DNA from: a virus
Lineage: Duplodnaviria > Caudoviricetes
Strand: one strand, 5' to 3'
Length of the DNA: 57,234 bases
IMG/VR virus record: IMGVR_UViG_3300016484_000638
Span: 1-57,234 of that record
In this document: in pieces, positions 49,090 through 57,100 of the stretch
Position numbering within the stretch: position 1 is the first letter of the stretch
Layout of the letters: each line of letters starts with the position of its first letter
The notes under the pieces: generated by a model
Databases searched by the model: none
The model's input: only the letters and a program-made list of their open reading frames with translations
Told to the model about the DNA's origin: nothing
Translations under genes and position numbers: made by a program

Positions 49090-49731
49090 TTATTTTCTAC
49101 CTTTAACCCAATTTTCATTTAAGTAGGTTTCAAGGTCTTCTTTTTTAATCTTTTTGTTGATACCATCTTTAGTTATCCAACATGTACCGAATTGACTGTT
49201 TGTTTCACCAACTCCAGTACCTTTTCTTATTTCAGACATCAACTGTTTTGTTTCTTCTGAATGAGTTTTACCATTCCAATCATAATTAACATATCTATCA
49301 ATTTTACCTTCTTCATATGCTTTTTTAATCGATTTAGACAATGTATCACTTTTTTTCTTAACCCATTCTGGGTCTTGTCTTAAAAGCTTTTGTTTTTCAT
49401 TTGATTTAATCACATTTAATTTTTGTTGTTCCGAGCTAAACCCACCAGTACCACCTTCTCTAAGGTTCATACACATAGGGTTTTCCACTAATTCTTTATT
49501 AACAATTTCAATCTCTCTAAGAACTAACTCTTCTCTTGTTGGTGAAAACTCCAGTATTTCTTTAGTATGGTTTTCTACACCATATTTTCTAATTGAATAT
49601 CTAAGTCGTTTACCACTACCCATATAATTATCTTCTAAGTTATACGTACTATGCATCCCAACATAGTATCTTCCAGTTACATTACATGTTGTTTTATAGA
49701 TGTAATGAATATTTCTTTTTTTTCTTGCCAT
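49090..49731 (-). mobile_element. GIY-YIG (Seg-like) homing endonuclease
   Basis: YIYKTT..YYVGMH..YMGSG..CMNL..GG; NUMOD3; SQFGTCWIT. Confidence 0.85.
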
Positions 49732-49791
49732 TTTTACTTCTTTCTAAATAAATATCTAGAAATTTGTAAAAAGTACAAAAAAGTTTAAGAG

Positions 49792-49866
49792 GGTGAATGG
49801 TGGGAATCGAACCCACGACCTCTTGAACCACAATCAAGCACTCTAACCAACTGAGCTACAAACACC
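49792..49866 (-). tRNA. tRNA-His(GTG)
   Basis: G-1, C73, loop TTGTGGT; two U.U mismatches in acceptor stem. Confidence 0.9.
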
Positions 49867-49872
49867 ATAAAT

Positions 49873-49908
49873 AAAAAACCCGACTAGTTTTGAATTAGTC
49901 GGGTTTTT
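49873..49908 (-). terminator. Attenuator terminator of tRNA operon B
   Basis: AAAAACCCGACTA-ATTCAAAAC-TAGTCGGGTTTTTT just upstream of tRNA-His. Confidence 0.85.
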
Positions 49909-49928
49909 ATAATCTTAGATGAGTAATG

Positions 49929-50030
49929 TTACATTCCTGTACCACCTTCACAATTATACGTACCCGACACATGGTGACTATTGCGTCCCCAATTCGAAAT
50001 CGAAATCATATGTACATTAATTGTTTTCAT
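49929..50030 (-). CDS. Leader peptide B: MKTINVHMISISNWGRNSHHVSGTYNCEGGTGM (not in ORF track)
   Basis: Lies between promoter and terminator; T/I/N/H/S/W/R rich, matching downstream tRNAs. Confidence 0.85.
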   Translation of the reverse strand: MKTINVHMISISNWGRNSHHVSGTYNCEGGTGM

Positions 50031-50047
50031 CTTGTTTATAAATATAC

Positions 50048-50079
50048 TACAAATATAGTAAAAGTTTTTTAATTGTCAA
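50048..50079 (-). promoter_or_regulatory. Promoter of tRNA operon B
   Basis: TTGACAATTAAAAAACTTTTACTATATTTGTA. Confidence 0.75.
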
Positions 50080-50080
50080 T

Positions 50081-50548
50081 TTATTTTTGACTTTTTTTAT
50101 CTTCAGGTTTTAAAGAAATGATTAAATCTCTAATTTTAGCGGCATCTTCATATTTTTCTTCCTGGATTGCCTTATTAAGTTTAGACTCCAATAATTTAAC
50201 TGTGTCCATTTCTTGATTTCTTTCCCTACCTTCTGGACCAAAAAAGTTTTTCTTATAATATCTATAGTTCCTAGAACCATCTGGTGAAGACCAATTTTTT
50301 GATTCCCAAGAACCGTTATCATCTAAACCTTTATCTTCGTTAAATTCGTTAGGCATTTGTCCAAAGAAGTTTTTAATAAAACTATCCTCATCCATAGGTT
50401 TCATAAACCCAAACCTACTATTCATATCTGGTTGACCGTACATATCTCTCATAAAGTTATTCATTCCAGACTGATACATGTTTAAAATTCTGATAAACTC
50501 TTTTCTAAATTCATCATCACTCATGTTATTAAATCCAAATTCTTCCAT
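50081..50548 (-). CDS. UvrB/UvrC-motif protein
   Basis: LNKAIQEEKYEDAAKIRD. Confidence 0.75.
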   Translation of the reverse strand: MEEFGFNNMSDDEFRKEFIRILNMYQSGMNNFMRDMYGQPDMNSRFGFMKPMDEDSFIKNFFGQMPNEFNEDKGLDDNGSWESKNWSSPDGSRNYRYYKKNFFGPEGRERNQEMDTVKLLESKLNKAIQEEKYEDAAKIRDLIISLKPEDKKSQK

Positions 50549-50593
50549 ACTTTTTTTTATTATAAATATAATACAGAATTAAATTTTGTCAAT

Positions 50594-50832
50594 AAAAAAC
50601 CCTAGCAGTTTCTGTTGATCAAACAGTCTTACTAGGGTGTGATAATGGTTATAAGGTCGAACAAGTATGTCACGTCTGACAGATATTGTAGCGGGTCCAA
50701 TTTCCCAACATCTAAAAAGACCATCTAAGTGAGCGGATCTTACGGGACGCCCGATGGTTCTTGGCCTGCAAATACTATCTACAGGGGGGGGTGTAAAAGA
50801 CCTATTCTGGTACGCTGTTCTTATGGGTAGCG
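50594..50832 (-). ncRNA. Putative ~240-nt multi-hairpin RNA
   Basis: ATATTTAT motif upstream, several GC-rich hairpins, terminal ACCCTAGTA..TGCTAGGGT-TTTT. Confidence 0.55.
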
Positions 50833-50871
50833 TAATAGGTACTATTATTTTAATAATAAATATATTAAAAT

Positions 50872-50930
50872 GAGATAAACACGGGCCTAACTAGCCATCT
50901 TTCAGGAAAGGCCCTTCTAGTGTCTACCTC
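50872..50930 (-). ncRNA. Hairpin after tRNA-fMet
   Basis: GAGGTAGACAC/GTGTTTATCTC and GGGCCT/AGGCCC. Confidence 0.45.
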
Positions 50931-50934
50931 TTAG

Positions 50935-51009
50935 TAGCGGGGACAGGATTCGAACCTGTGATCTCTAGGTTATGAGCCTAGCGGGTTGACCAGCTACCAC
51001 TACCCCGCG
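50935..51009 (-). tRNA. tRNA-Met(CAT), initiator-like
   Basis: CGCGGGG with C1 x U72 mismatch; loop CTCATAA. Confidence 0.9.
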
Positions 51010-51507
51010 ATAATATTCTTTCATACGCTCTGATTGTTCATCTCTTTTAGATTTATCAGACCATCTTTGTTTTGCCTTTTCAGCTATCTTCTTTTTAGTT
51101 TCTTCAGATATGCCTCTTCTTCTATTAGACTCTGAAATTTTTTTTCTAGTTTCTTCTGAATGCTTTCTACCTTTTTGCATTTCAGAAAGTTTCTTTTTAG
51201 TTTCTTCTGAATGTTTTAAACCACTAAAATGTGGTCCACCCTCACCACCTAAACCAGTATTGTAAGTTTTATTTGTAGAAATAAATAATTCATTTACGAT
51301 TTCTTTTTCTTTATCATTCATTTCTTTTTCATTATCAAAAATGTACAATACTTCTTTTTTAAAATTTTCTTTACCGTATTGTTTTATAACATTTTTAATG
51401 ACTTTCCCACTACCAAAGTAGTTATCATAAGGATTGTTTGTTTGGTGCTTTCCAATATATGTTTTATCATTTAATTTATTAGTCACCTTATATATTGTAT
51501 ATTTCAT
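50965..51507 (-). mobile_element. GIY-YIG (Seg-like) homing endonuclease reading into tRNA-fMet
   Basis: TIYKVTN..YIGKH..YFGSG; C-terminus RGVVVAGQPARLIT is the tRNA 5' half. Confidence 0.85.
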
Positions 51508-51535
51508 ACATATAAATATACGGTAAGTAAATAAA

Positions 51536-51565
51536 CTAACGAGATACCAACTTCTCCACCCCACA
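51536..51565 (-). pseudogene. Stranded 5' half of a tRNA-fMet allele
   Basis: TGTGGGGTGGAGAAGTTGGTATCTCGTTAG. Confidence 0.75.
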
Positions 51566-51573
51566 ATATATTG

Positions 51574-51866
51574 TATCTAAGGAAGGATTCGAACCTCCAC
51601 GGACTTAATCAAAACTAGGTTTTTTTCAGTCCATACGTTTTACAAGAATTTAAGGATTTAATCTCATCTATTAAATCTATCTATCTTTATAATTATAAGT
51701 TGTCACGTTTGGGTTAAAGAGTAACGTAACCAAACCTCTTAACTAGTCTAATTTAGAGACCAATAAGGTTAGCTAATCCTAAAGTCTTTTTGGGTTTTTA
51801 TAGAACTCCCAATCTAACCTTAGACTCTCTTCAAACGTAAGCGTCTACCAATTCCGCCACTTAGAT
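51574..51866 (-). ncRNA. tRNA-scaffold RNA with ~190-nt insertion in place of anticodon loop
   Basis: ATCTAAG/CTTAGAT-A; TGGCGGAATTGGTAGACGC; TACGTTT/AAACGTA; GGAGG-TTCGAAT-CCTTC. Confidence 0.75.
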
Positions 51867-51882
51867 ATTTTAAAAAACTTTA

Positions 51883-52542
51883 TTACAAAATAGTCCTACC
51901 CATTGACCAACCAACTGGTATGCTATCTGATTTTTTTATTTTTTTATTTTCAAATCCATTAGTTATCCAACAAGTCCCAAATTGGGAGTTATTTTCTCCT
52001 TTTTGTTTGATTGAATTTTTCTCACCTATCTTTTTTTTAGATTCTTCTTTGTGTTTTTTACCATAAAAGGTACCTTCTTTAATTTTTAAATTTTTTTTTA
52101 ATCCAAAACTAATAGATTTTTTCCAAAAATCAACCCACTCACTATTATTTTCTCTAAGAAATTTCATAGTTTTATGACTATTTTTTGTTGCTTGTTTTTG
52201 AGACAAGTTTAATGACTCAATAAATTTTTTTCTATGTTCCTCACCACTAAAACCACCATCACCACCTAATTTAAGGTTCATACAAAGTTCTTCAGATAAT
52301 AATTGTTCATTAACAATTTCTTTTTCTCTTTTTTTTAATTCTTTTCTGTTTTTTAAAAACTCAAGAATTTTTTTTGTATGATTTTCCTTTCCATGATAAT
52401 TAATAGAATACCATAATCTCTTTCCACTACCTAAGTATCCATCTTCCAAATTATCAGTAGAATGCATTCCTATGTAGTATTTCCCATTTACATTACAAGT
52501 TGTTTTATAAATGTAATGATATTTCTTTTGCCTTCTCGCCAT
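51883..52542 (-). mobile_element. GIY-YIG (Seg-like) homing endonuclease, paralog of 49090
   Basis: YIYKTTCNV..YYIGMH..YLGSG. Confidence 0.85.
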
Positions 52543-52590
52543 ATCTATACTTTATATATAAATATGACGAGAAGGTACAAAAGTTCCAGG

Positions 52591-52700
52591 TACACAAGGA
52601 AGGATTCGAACCTCCAAAACCTACTTTCATCGCCCCTAGGGGAGATTACTTTTCGGTTAGAGTTGTTACACTCCGTGTTTACCAATTTCACCACTTGCGT
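52591..52700 (-). ncRNA. tRNA-like RNA
   Basis: ACGCAAG/CTTGTGT-A; Leu-type D arm; GAGT-GTAACA-ACTC 6-nt loop; variable region >40 nt. Confidence 0.7.
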
Positions 52701-52711
52701 ATATATTAAAA

Positions 52712-52927
52712 AAATGACTTACCTATTACAACACCCGTACTCGTCAGACTTAGTGAATTCGTCTTTCAGAGGTCTGTACTTGTTTCTTTCCGATTTGATT
52801 TCTAATCCTTATCAGTTATAACTTTTCTCCCAGTGTCCGTATTGTTTGTACAACTATCCGTCCCCCAAGGGTTGGGTCATTCGCGTGAAGGTGAGCTAAC
52901 CATCTTATTGAATAGGTTAAATCATTT
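52712..52927 (-). ncRNA. Putative ~215-nt structured RNA
   Basis: Closing stem AAATGATTTAACCTATT/AATAGGTAAGTCATTT after promoter and boxA-like motif. Confidence 0.6.
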
Positions 52928-52934
52928 TTATGTT

Positions 52935-52944
52935 TTCAAAGAAC
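52935..52944 (-). promoter_or_regulatory. boxA-like motif
   Basis: GTTCTTTGAA. Confidence 0.5.
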
Positions 52945-53005
52945 GTTTTCTTTAATTGTTTAACAAATATAGTAACTTTTTTCTGATTAGTCAAATATTT
53001 TTTAA

Positions 53006-54115
53006 TTAAAAATTCATTTTATAATTAGAAACATATGTAGGTAACTGATCAAAAGAAATCTGATATTGTTTAATAGGTGTGGCCCATAAACTTTGTTTAT
53101 ATTCGTATTGGTTTAATAAAAGTGTTTTATTTCCATAGTTTATATTCCTAATAATCCATTTAATATTATTATTAGGGTCCTCTTTAATGTATTGATTCGT
53201 ATAGTGTCTGTCTAATTTAAACCCTAAAGATTCTATTAAATTAATGAAATCTTTATAAGGTTTCAAAACACCCTCTTCATCTAAAATTTCTTCTGCTTTA
53301 TCTAAAAATTCATTAAATGCATCAGCAATTTCATCTTCAGCACCAGAAAGATCCCATTCTTGGTAAAATCCATCATACCAGTTTTCATCAATTAAAGTAC
53401 TTGATGTTATTTTTAAAATATCAGTTAGTGATACTATATTTTTTTCATGTAATTTAAAAATTTCTGTCATAGAAATTTTAATTACAATCTCACCATTACG
53501 TAATTTAAAAGATGAGTTAATTTTGTCTAAAATAGATGAAAAATGTGAACCACTACTCAACCATCTATTTTTTTGTATCTGATAACCTATAATATCTAAA
53601 TAACGAACACGTAAATCGTCAAATAATTTTTGTAATGGTTCATATTTTAAAACTGCTTTAACACTATTCATATCGTCATCAGCGAAAGCAGAAAAGTTAG
53701 TGCCAGGTGATGTTACATCTAATATTCTTTGGAATCTTTCTTTTTGGTCATCGTTGATTTGGTAGCCAGAATAATCGAACTCCTCATAGTCAAAGTCATA
53801 ATAATCACCATTACCGTCATAATTAGGACCATATGTTAAAAATGGTTCAAGATAACTTTGGTCGTCCTCATTAATATCAGAAAAATCTACCCAATCTTCA
53901 TAGTCTAAAACAAATGTTATATTATCGTCATTTATATTAACTTGACAATCACTACCTGAGTTAAAACATATGTCATCATCATTAAAGTAATTACCTGTGG
54001 TAAAAGGGTTTACATCACTAACCCAATCCCAGTCATCTTTATGATATTCACTTTCTAAAGATTCTCTAATAACTTTTTTAATAATATTTTTTGATAGAGG
54101 TTTTTTAAATTTCAC
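53006..54115 (-). CDS. ILKE/DW-tag protein
   Basis: IIKKVIRESLE..DDWDW. Confidence 0.7.
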   Translation of the reverse strand: MKFKKPLSKNIIKKVIRESLESEYHKDDWDWVSDVNPFTTGNYFNDDDICFNSGSDCQVNINDDNITFVLDYEDWVDFSDINEDDQSYLEPFLTYGPNYDGNGDYYDFDYEEFDYSGYQINDDQKERFQRILDVTSPGTNFSAFADDDMNSVKAVLKYEPLQKLFDDLRVRYLDIIGYQIQKNRWLSSGSHFSSILDKINSSFKLRNGEIVIKISMTEIFKLHEKNIVSLTDILKITSSTLIDENWYDGFYQEWDLSGAEDEIADAFNEFLDKAEEILDEEGVLKPYKDFINLIESLGFKLDRHYTNQYIKEDPNNNIKWIIRNINYGNKTLLLNQYEYKQSLWATPIKQYQISFDQLPTYVSNYKMNF

Positions 54116-54155
54116 AATAATAAATATGTTTATTGTATAAATATTTTAAAAACCA

Positions 54156-54404
54156 TTAAAACGCTACTATTTGTTCTTCTTCATTAAAGTATTTTTGTTT
54201 TATTATATCGGTATTGAATTGGAATTCATCTGCGAGATTGCCTTCTGACCCATCTTTAATATTTTCTTCGTACATAATACCGTTAAAGTAGGCAACAATC
54301 TCATCCTGAGTTTTACCTTCAAGTTCTGGATAATCCTCCAAATTAATCTCAATCGGTCCGTAAGATTCGTAAACCGAATAAGTTTTAGTCATATAAAGTT
54401 TCAT
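54156..54404 (-). CDS. Hypothetical protein
   Basis: ORF. Confidence 0.6.
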   Translation of the reverse strand: MKLYMTKTYSVYESYGPIEINLEDYPELEGKTQDEIVAYFNGIMYEENIKDGSEGNLADEFQFNTDIIKQKYFNEEEQIVAF

Positions 54405-54416
54405 AAATATATTTTT

Positions 54417-54581
54417 TTATTTTAATACCATGTATTTAACACCATCAACAATTTTGACCATGTATTTTCCTTGATCTTTTGTTTTGTTATTTGAACGTTT
54501 TGTAGACCTTGCAGTCTTTGTGTTCTTTTCTGTTTCACCATACTTGTTAGTGATAACTTCTTTCATTGAAAATCTTTCCAT
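54417..54581 (-). CDS. Small hypothetical protein (not in ORF track)
   Basis: MERFSMKE...GVKYMVLK* after TATATTTG. Confidence 0.55.
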   Translation of the reverse strand: MERFSMKEVITNKYGETEKNTKTARSTKRSNNKTKDQGKYMVKIVDGVKYMVLK

Positions 54582-54613
54582 AATTTTTATTTTTTACAAA
54601 TATAACAATTTTT

Positions 54614-54892
54614 TTAGAAAATTTTAGGTGGTACTTTAAAATTATTAAAACCTGGTTTAACTTTTAGATTATCGTACTTTTTGTATTTTGAATAAACGTT
54701 AGCCCAATAATTGACACCTTCAGGTGTTTTTCTAAATTCAAAAGAAATACCAATAAACCCCATCCAACCTAGAAATTCTAACTCTAAGAATTCCTCTACA
54801 GAATGGTGAAATTTATTTAATGAATTAAAGTTAACAATCCATTTAGATTGTTCTTCCTCATTCAACCAATTAAAGTAATCTTTACCTTTCAT
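54614..54892 (-). CDS. Hypothetical protein
   Basis: TPEG..YW motif. Confidence 0.6.
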   Translation of the reverse strand: MKGKDYFNWLNEEEQSKWIVNFNSLNKFHHSVEEFLELEFLGWMGFIGISFEFRKTPEGVNYWANVYSKYKKYDNLKVKPGFNNFKVPPKIF

Positions 54893-54910
54893 AAGGCAAA
54901 TATAATAAAA

Positions 54911-55699
54911 TTATTTTGATTGTTGTTCTTTGTCGGCTTTATAAAGTGTATAAATGTTTTTAAATAACATTTCTTTAGCTTCTGGTGTCTCACCTTGTTC
55001 TATATACTTATTAATGAATTTAACCAGTTCTATTTCTTTACCTCTACTTAATTTTGATTTATAATCCATTACATCGTAGATACTCATAAAATAAAAACCA
55101 TTTAAATTAACTGAATCTTTTAGAATTGTTCTATCATCTCTAACAGTAAAATCATTTGTACCTTGGACTTTAGCTATTTTAGGATCCCAATAAGTAAAAA
55201 CTTCCATGTCTTCTTTTATTAAACCCAAACCATTTTTACCTAAACCAGGCCTATATATTTTACCACCAAAATCTTGCCATTGTTTTTTAAATCTCTCAAC
55301 AACTTTTGGCACATTTTCTTCACCTATAGCTTTACCAATCTTTTTTATAAATTCAGAATCAGTAGTGTAGTTTTTATATAAATTTTGCCAATCACTCTCA
55401 TCTGGAACTATGATATCTAAATCACCAATATCCATAGGCCAAGTTCTATCGTCTATTTCATTTAGAGCTTTTAACAACATAGGGTTTTTAAATAACCTTG
55501 CTGAACCAGCAATAAAATATTTACGTTCAGAAGGTTTAATGTTAAAAGCCTCAAAGATTAATACTCTAGATTTATTTAAAAGGTCATTTAATTTTGTTGG
55601 GTCAGCCTCTTGTAAAATATCAGCGTTAGACAATATCTCATCCAACTTTTTCCAAGCCTTTTCAACCATTAGATCATTATATATTTCAGTTAATCTCAT
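54911..55699 (-). CDS. Nucleotidyltransferase-like protein
   Basis: IAGSARL...IGDLDII. Confidence 0.6.
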   Translation of the reverse strand: MRLTEIYNDLMVEKAWKKLDEILSNADILQEADPTKLNDLLNKSRVLIFEAFNIKPSERKYFIAGSARLFKNPMLLKALNEIDDRTWPMDIGDLDIIVPDESDWQNLYKNYTTDSEFIKKIGKAIGEENVPKVVERFKKQWQDFGGKIYRPGLGKNGLGLIKEDMEVFTYWDPKIAKVQGTNDFTVRDDRTILKDSVNLNGFYFMSIYDVMDYKSKLSRGKEIELVKFINKYIEQGETPEAKEMLFKNIYTLYKADKEQQSK

Positions 55700-55727
55700 A
55701 ATTATATTCTATCTATGTATCTGGTTT

Positions 55728-56048
55728 CTAAGTTGTAGTTATATTTTTTGGGTAATTAAGGAGTAAATCAAAATTAACAGGGCCTATTCTATAACTGTTA
55801 ACATAACCATCATCAAATCTAACTTTAACCCACCAATTACCGTCCCCCATCGGTATCTTATATAACTCTATTATTGTACCCTCCTTAGAATATTCTACTT
55901 GCCAATTATACTTAGATTCAGGGCTAATTTTAACCCTCATATCGACAGAGGCAATATCATGTGTGACAACATTAATATCATCGTCCATACCAATAAATCC
56001 CCAGTCTTCCAGGGATTCATTTAGTATTTTTCTGATTAATTTTTTCAT
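55728..56048 (-). CDS. ILKE/DW-tag protein
   Basis: MKKLIRKILNESLEDW. Confidence 0.7.
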   Translation of the reverse strand: MKKLIRKILNESLEDWGFIGMDDDINVVTHDIASVDMRVKISPESKYNWQVEYSKEGTIIELYKIPMGDGNWWVKVRFDDGYVNSYRIGPVNFDLLLNYPKNITTT

Positions 56049-56100
56049 ATTTATTATTTAACAGGTTACCCCATCAGTAATAAATATCATTAAAATTATA

Positions 56101-56292
56101 TTAATCTTCTTGATTATTATTTTTTTCCTTTAGGTCTTTGGACCCTTTTACGTGTTGTGGTTCAAAACAACAGTGTCTACAACCACTACCACAACAAGTA
56201 CCACGTTTTTTATGGTATCGTTCAGTTAAAACAATAGCCCCATTCTCTAGGTAATAATCTTTACCCTCTTCAAATATAAAATTCTTATTCAT
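56101..56292 (-). CDS. DUF5522-type Cys-rich protein
   Basis: DYYLE..TE.YH.KRGTCCGSGCRHC. Confidence 0.75.
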   Translation of the reverse strand: MNKNFIFEEGKDYYLENGAIVLTERYHKKRGTCCGSGCRHCCFEPQHVKGSKDLKEKNNNQED

Positions 56293-56794
56293 TTTTAAAT
56301 CCTAAATATTGTTTCCAATCATTACTAATTCTATTTATTTTTTCTACAAAATATAGATAGGAAGGTCTGAAAGGTTTATGTCTCATGGTTAAATTATACT
56401 CTGATAAAAACTCATCAACATCTTTACTACATTTTCTAACATTACAAATACCACAACAAGTAACCAGATTTTCCCAAGTATTAGGCCCACCTTTAGACCT
56501 TGGAATAACGTGATCAATGGTTAAATCAGTTGTAACACCACAGTAAATACATTGATTATCATCTCTTTTAAAAATATTTTGTCTAGATAAATGAACCTTC
56601 TTAAATGGTAAAACAATATATTTCAATAAACGAATAACCGTTGGCCGAATATAAGATTTTTTATCCGTCATTATAGGGTTTTCTGACTCGTGAGTCACGA
56701 CTTCAGCCTTACCTTTAAACACTAATTTAAACCCTTTTTGTAGTGTTGTCACATTAATTGGGCTGTAGTCCATATTTAGTACTAACACTTTCAT
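56285..56794 (-). CDS. HNH endonuclease (McrA-like)
   Basis: VLVLN..P; RD..CIYCG..LTIDHVIPRSKGG..WENLVTCC..CN. Confidence 0.9.
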   Translation of the reverse strand: MKVLVLNMDYSPINVTTLQKGFKLVFKGKAEVVTHESENPIMTDKKSYIRPTVIRLLKYIVLPFKKVHLSRQNIFKRDDNQCIYCGVTTDLTIDHVIPRSKGGPNTWENLVTCCGICNVRKCSKDVDEFLSEYNLTMRHKPFRPSYLYFVEKINRISNDWKQYLGFKNE

Positions 56795-56824
56795 AAGACT
56801 TTTTATTTATAAATATTATTTAAC

Positions 56825-57100
56825 TTATTTAAATTTGAATGACCTAAGATTCAAAAACATCGGATACAAATTAGGCTCATCCAACCTAGTTAATCTCCTA
56901 TGTGGTACATTTATATTATTGGTAATCACCATAAGTTTTCTTTTACCTCCAGCATCTGCTTCATCTAGATTAATTCCATAAGTCGTGAAGCCAAATCTAT
57001 CTTTACTAGACATATAGGCAATGGTACCAGTCATACCAACCCAAATATCTTTTTTACGACCCTCTTCAATTCTTACCCTAGTACCAATTCTATAATACAT
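56825..57100 (-). CDS. Hypothetical protein (SH3/KOW-like)
   Basis: IGTRVRI..GMTGTI. Confidence 0.55.
   Translation of the reverse strand: MYYRIGTRVRIEEGRKKDIWVGMTGTIAYMSSKDRFGFTTYGINLDEADAGGKRKLMVITNNINVPHRRLTRLDEPNLYPMFLNLRSFKFK

Noticed and set aside
50872-50930. SRP RNA or RNase P RNA assignment for this or the other unassigned RNAs
   Set aside because: No SRP CAGG-GNRA-AGCA motif and no RNase P GAGGAAAGTCC motif seen
51640-51835. Group I intron interpretation of the large tRNA insert
   Set aside because: AGACTA is present but I found no matching P7 partner or P4 motifs; left as unknown insert
5202-55766. Antisense or nested ORFs such as 5202, 7192, 8234, 9005, 13411, 15422, 17205, 19156, 27819, 43639, 55410
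   Set aside because: Overlap better-supported genes on the other strand or frame; no motifs
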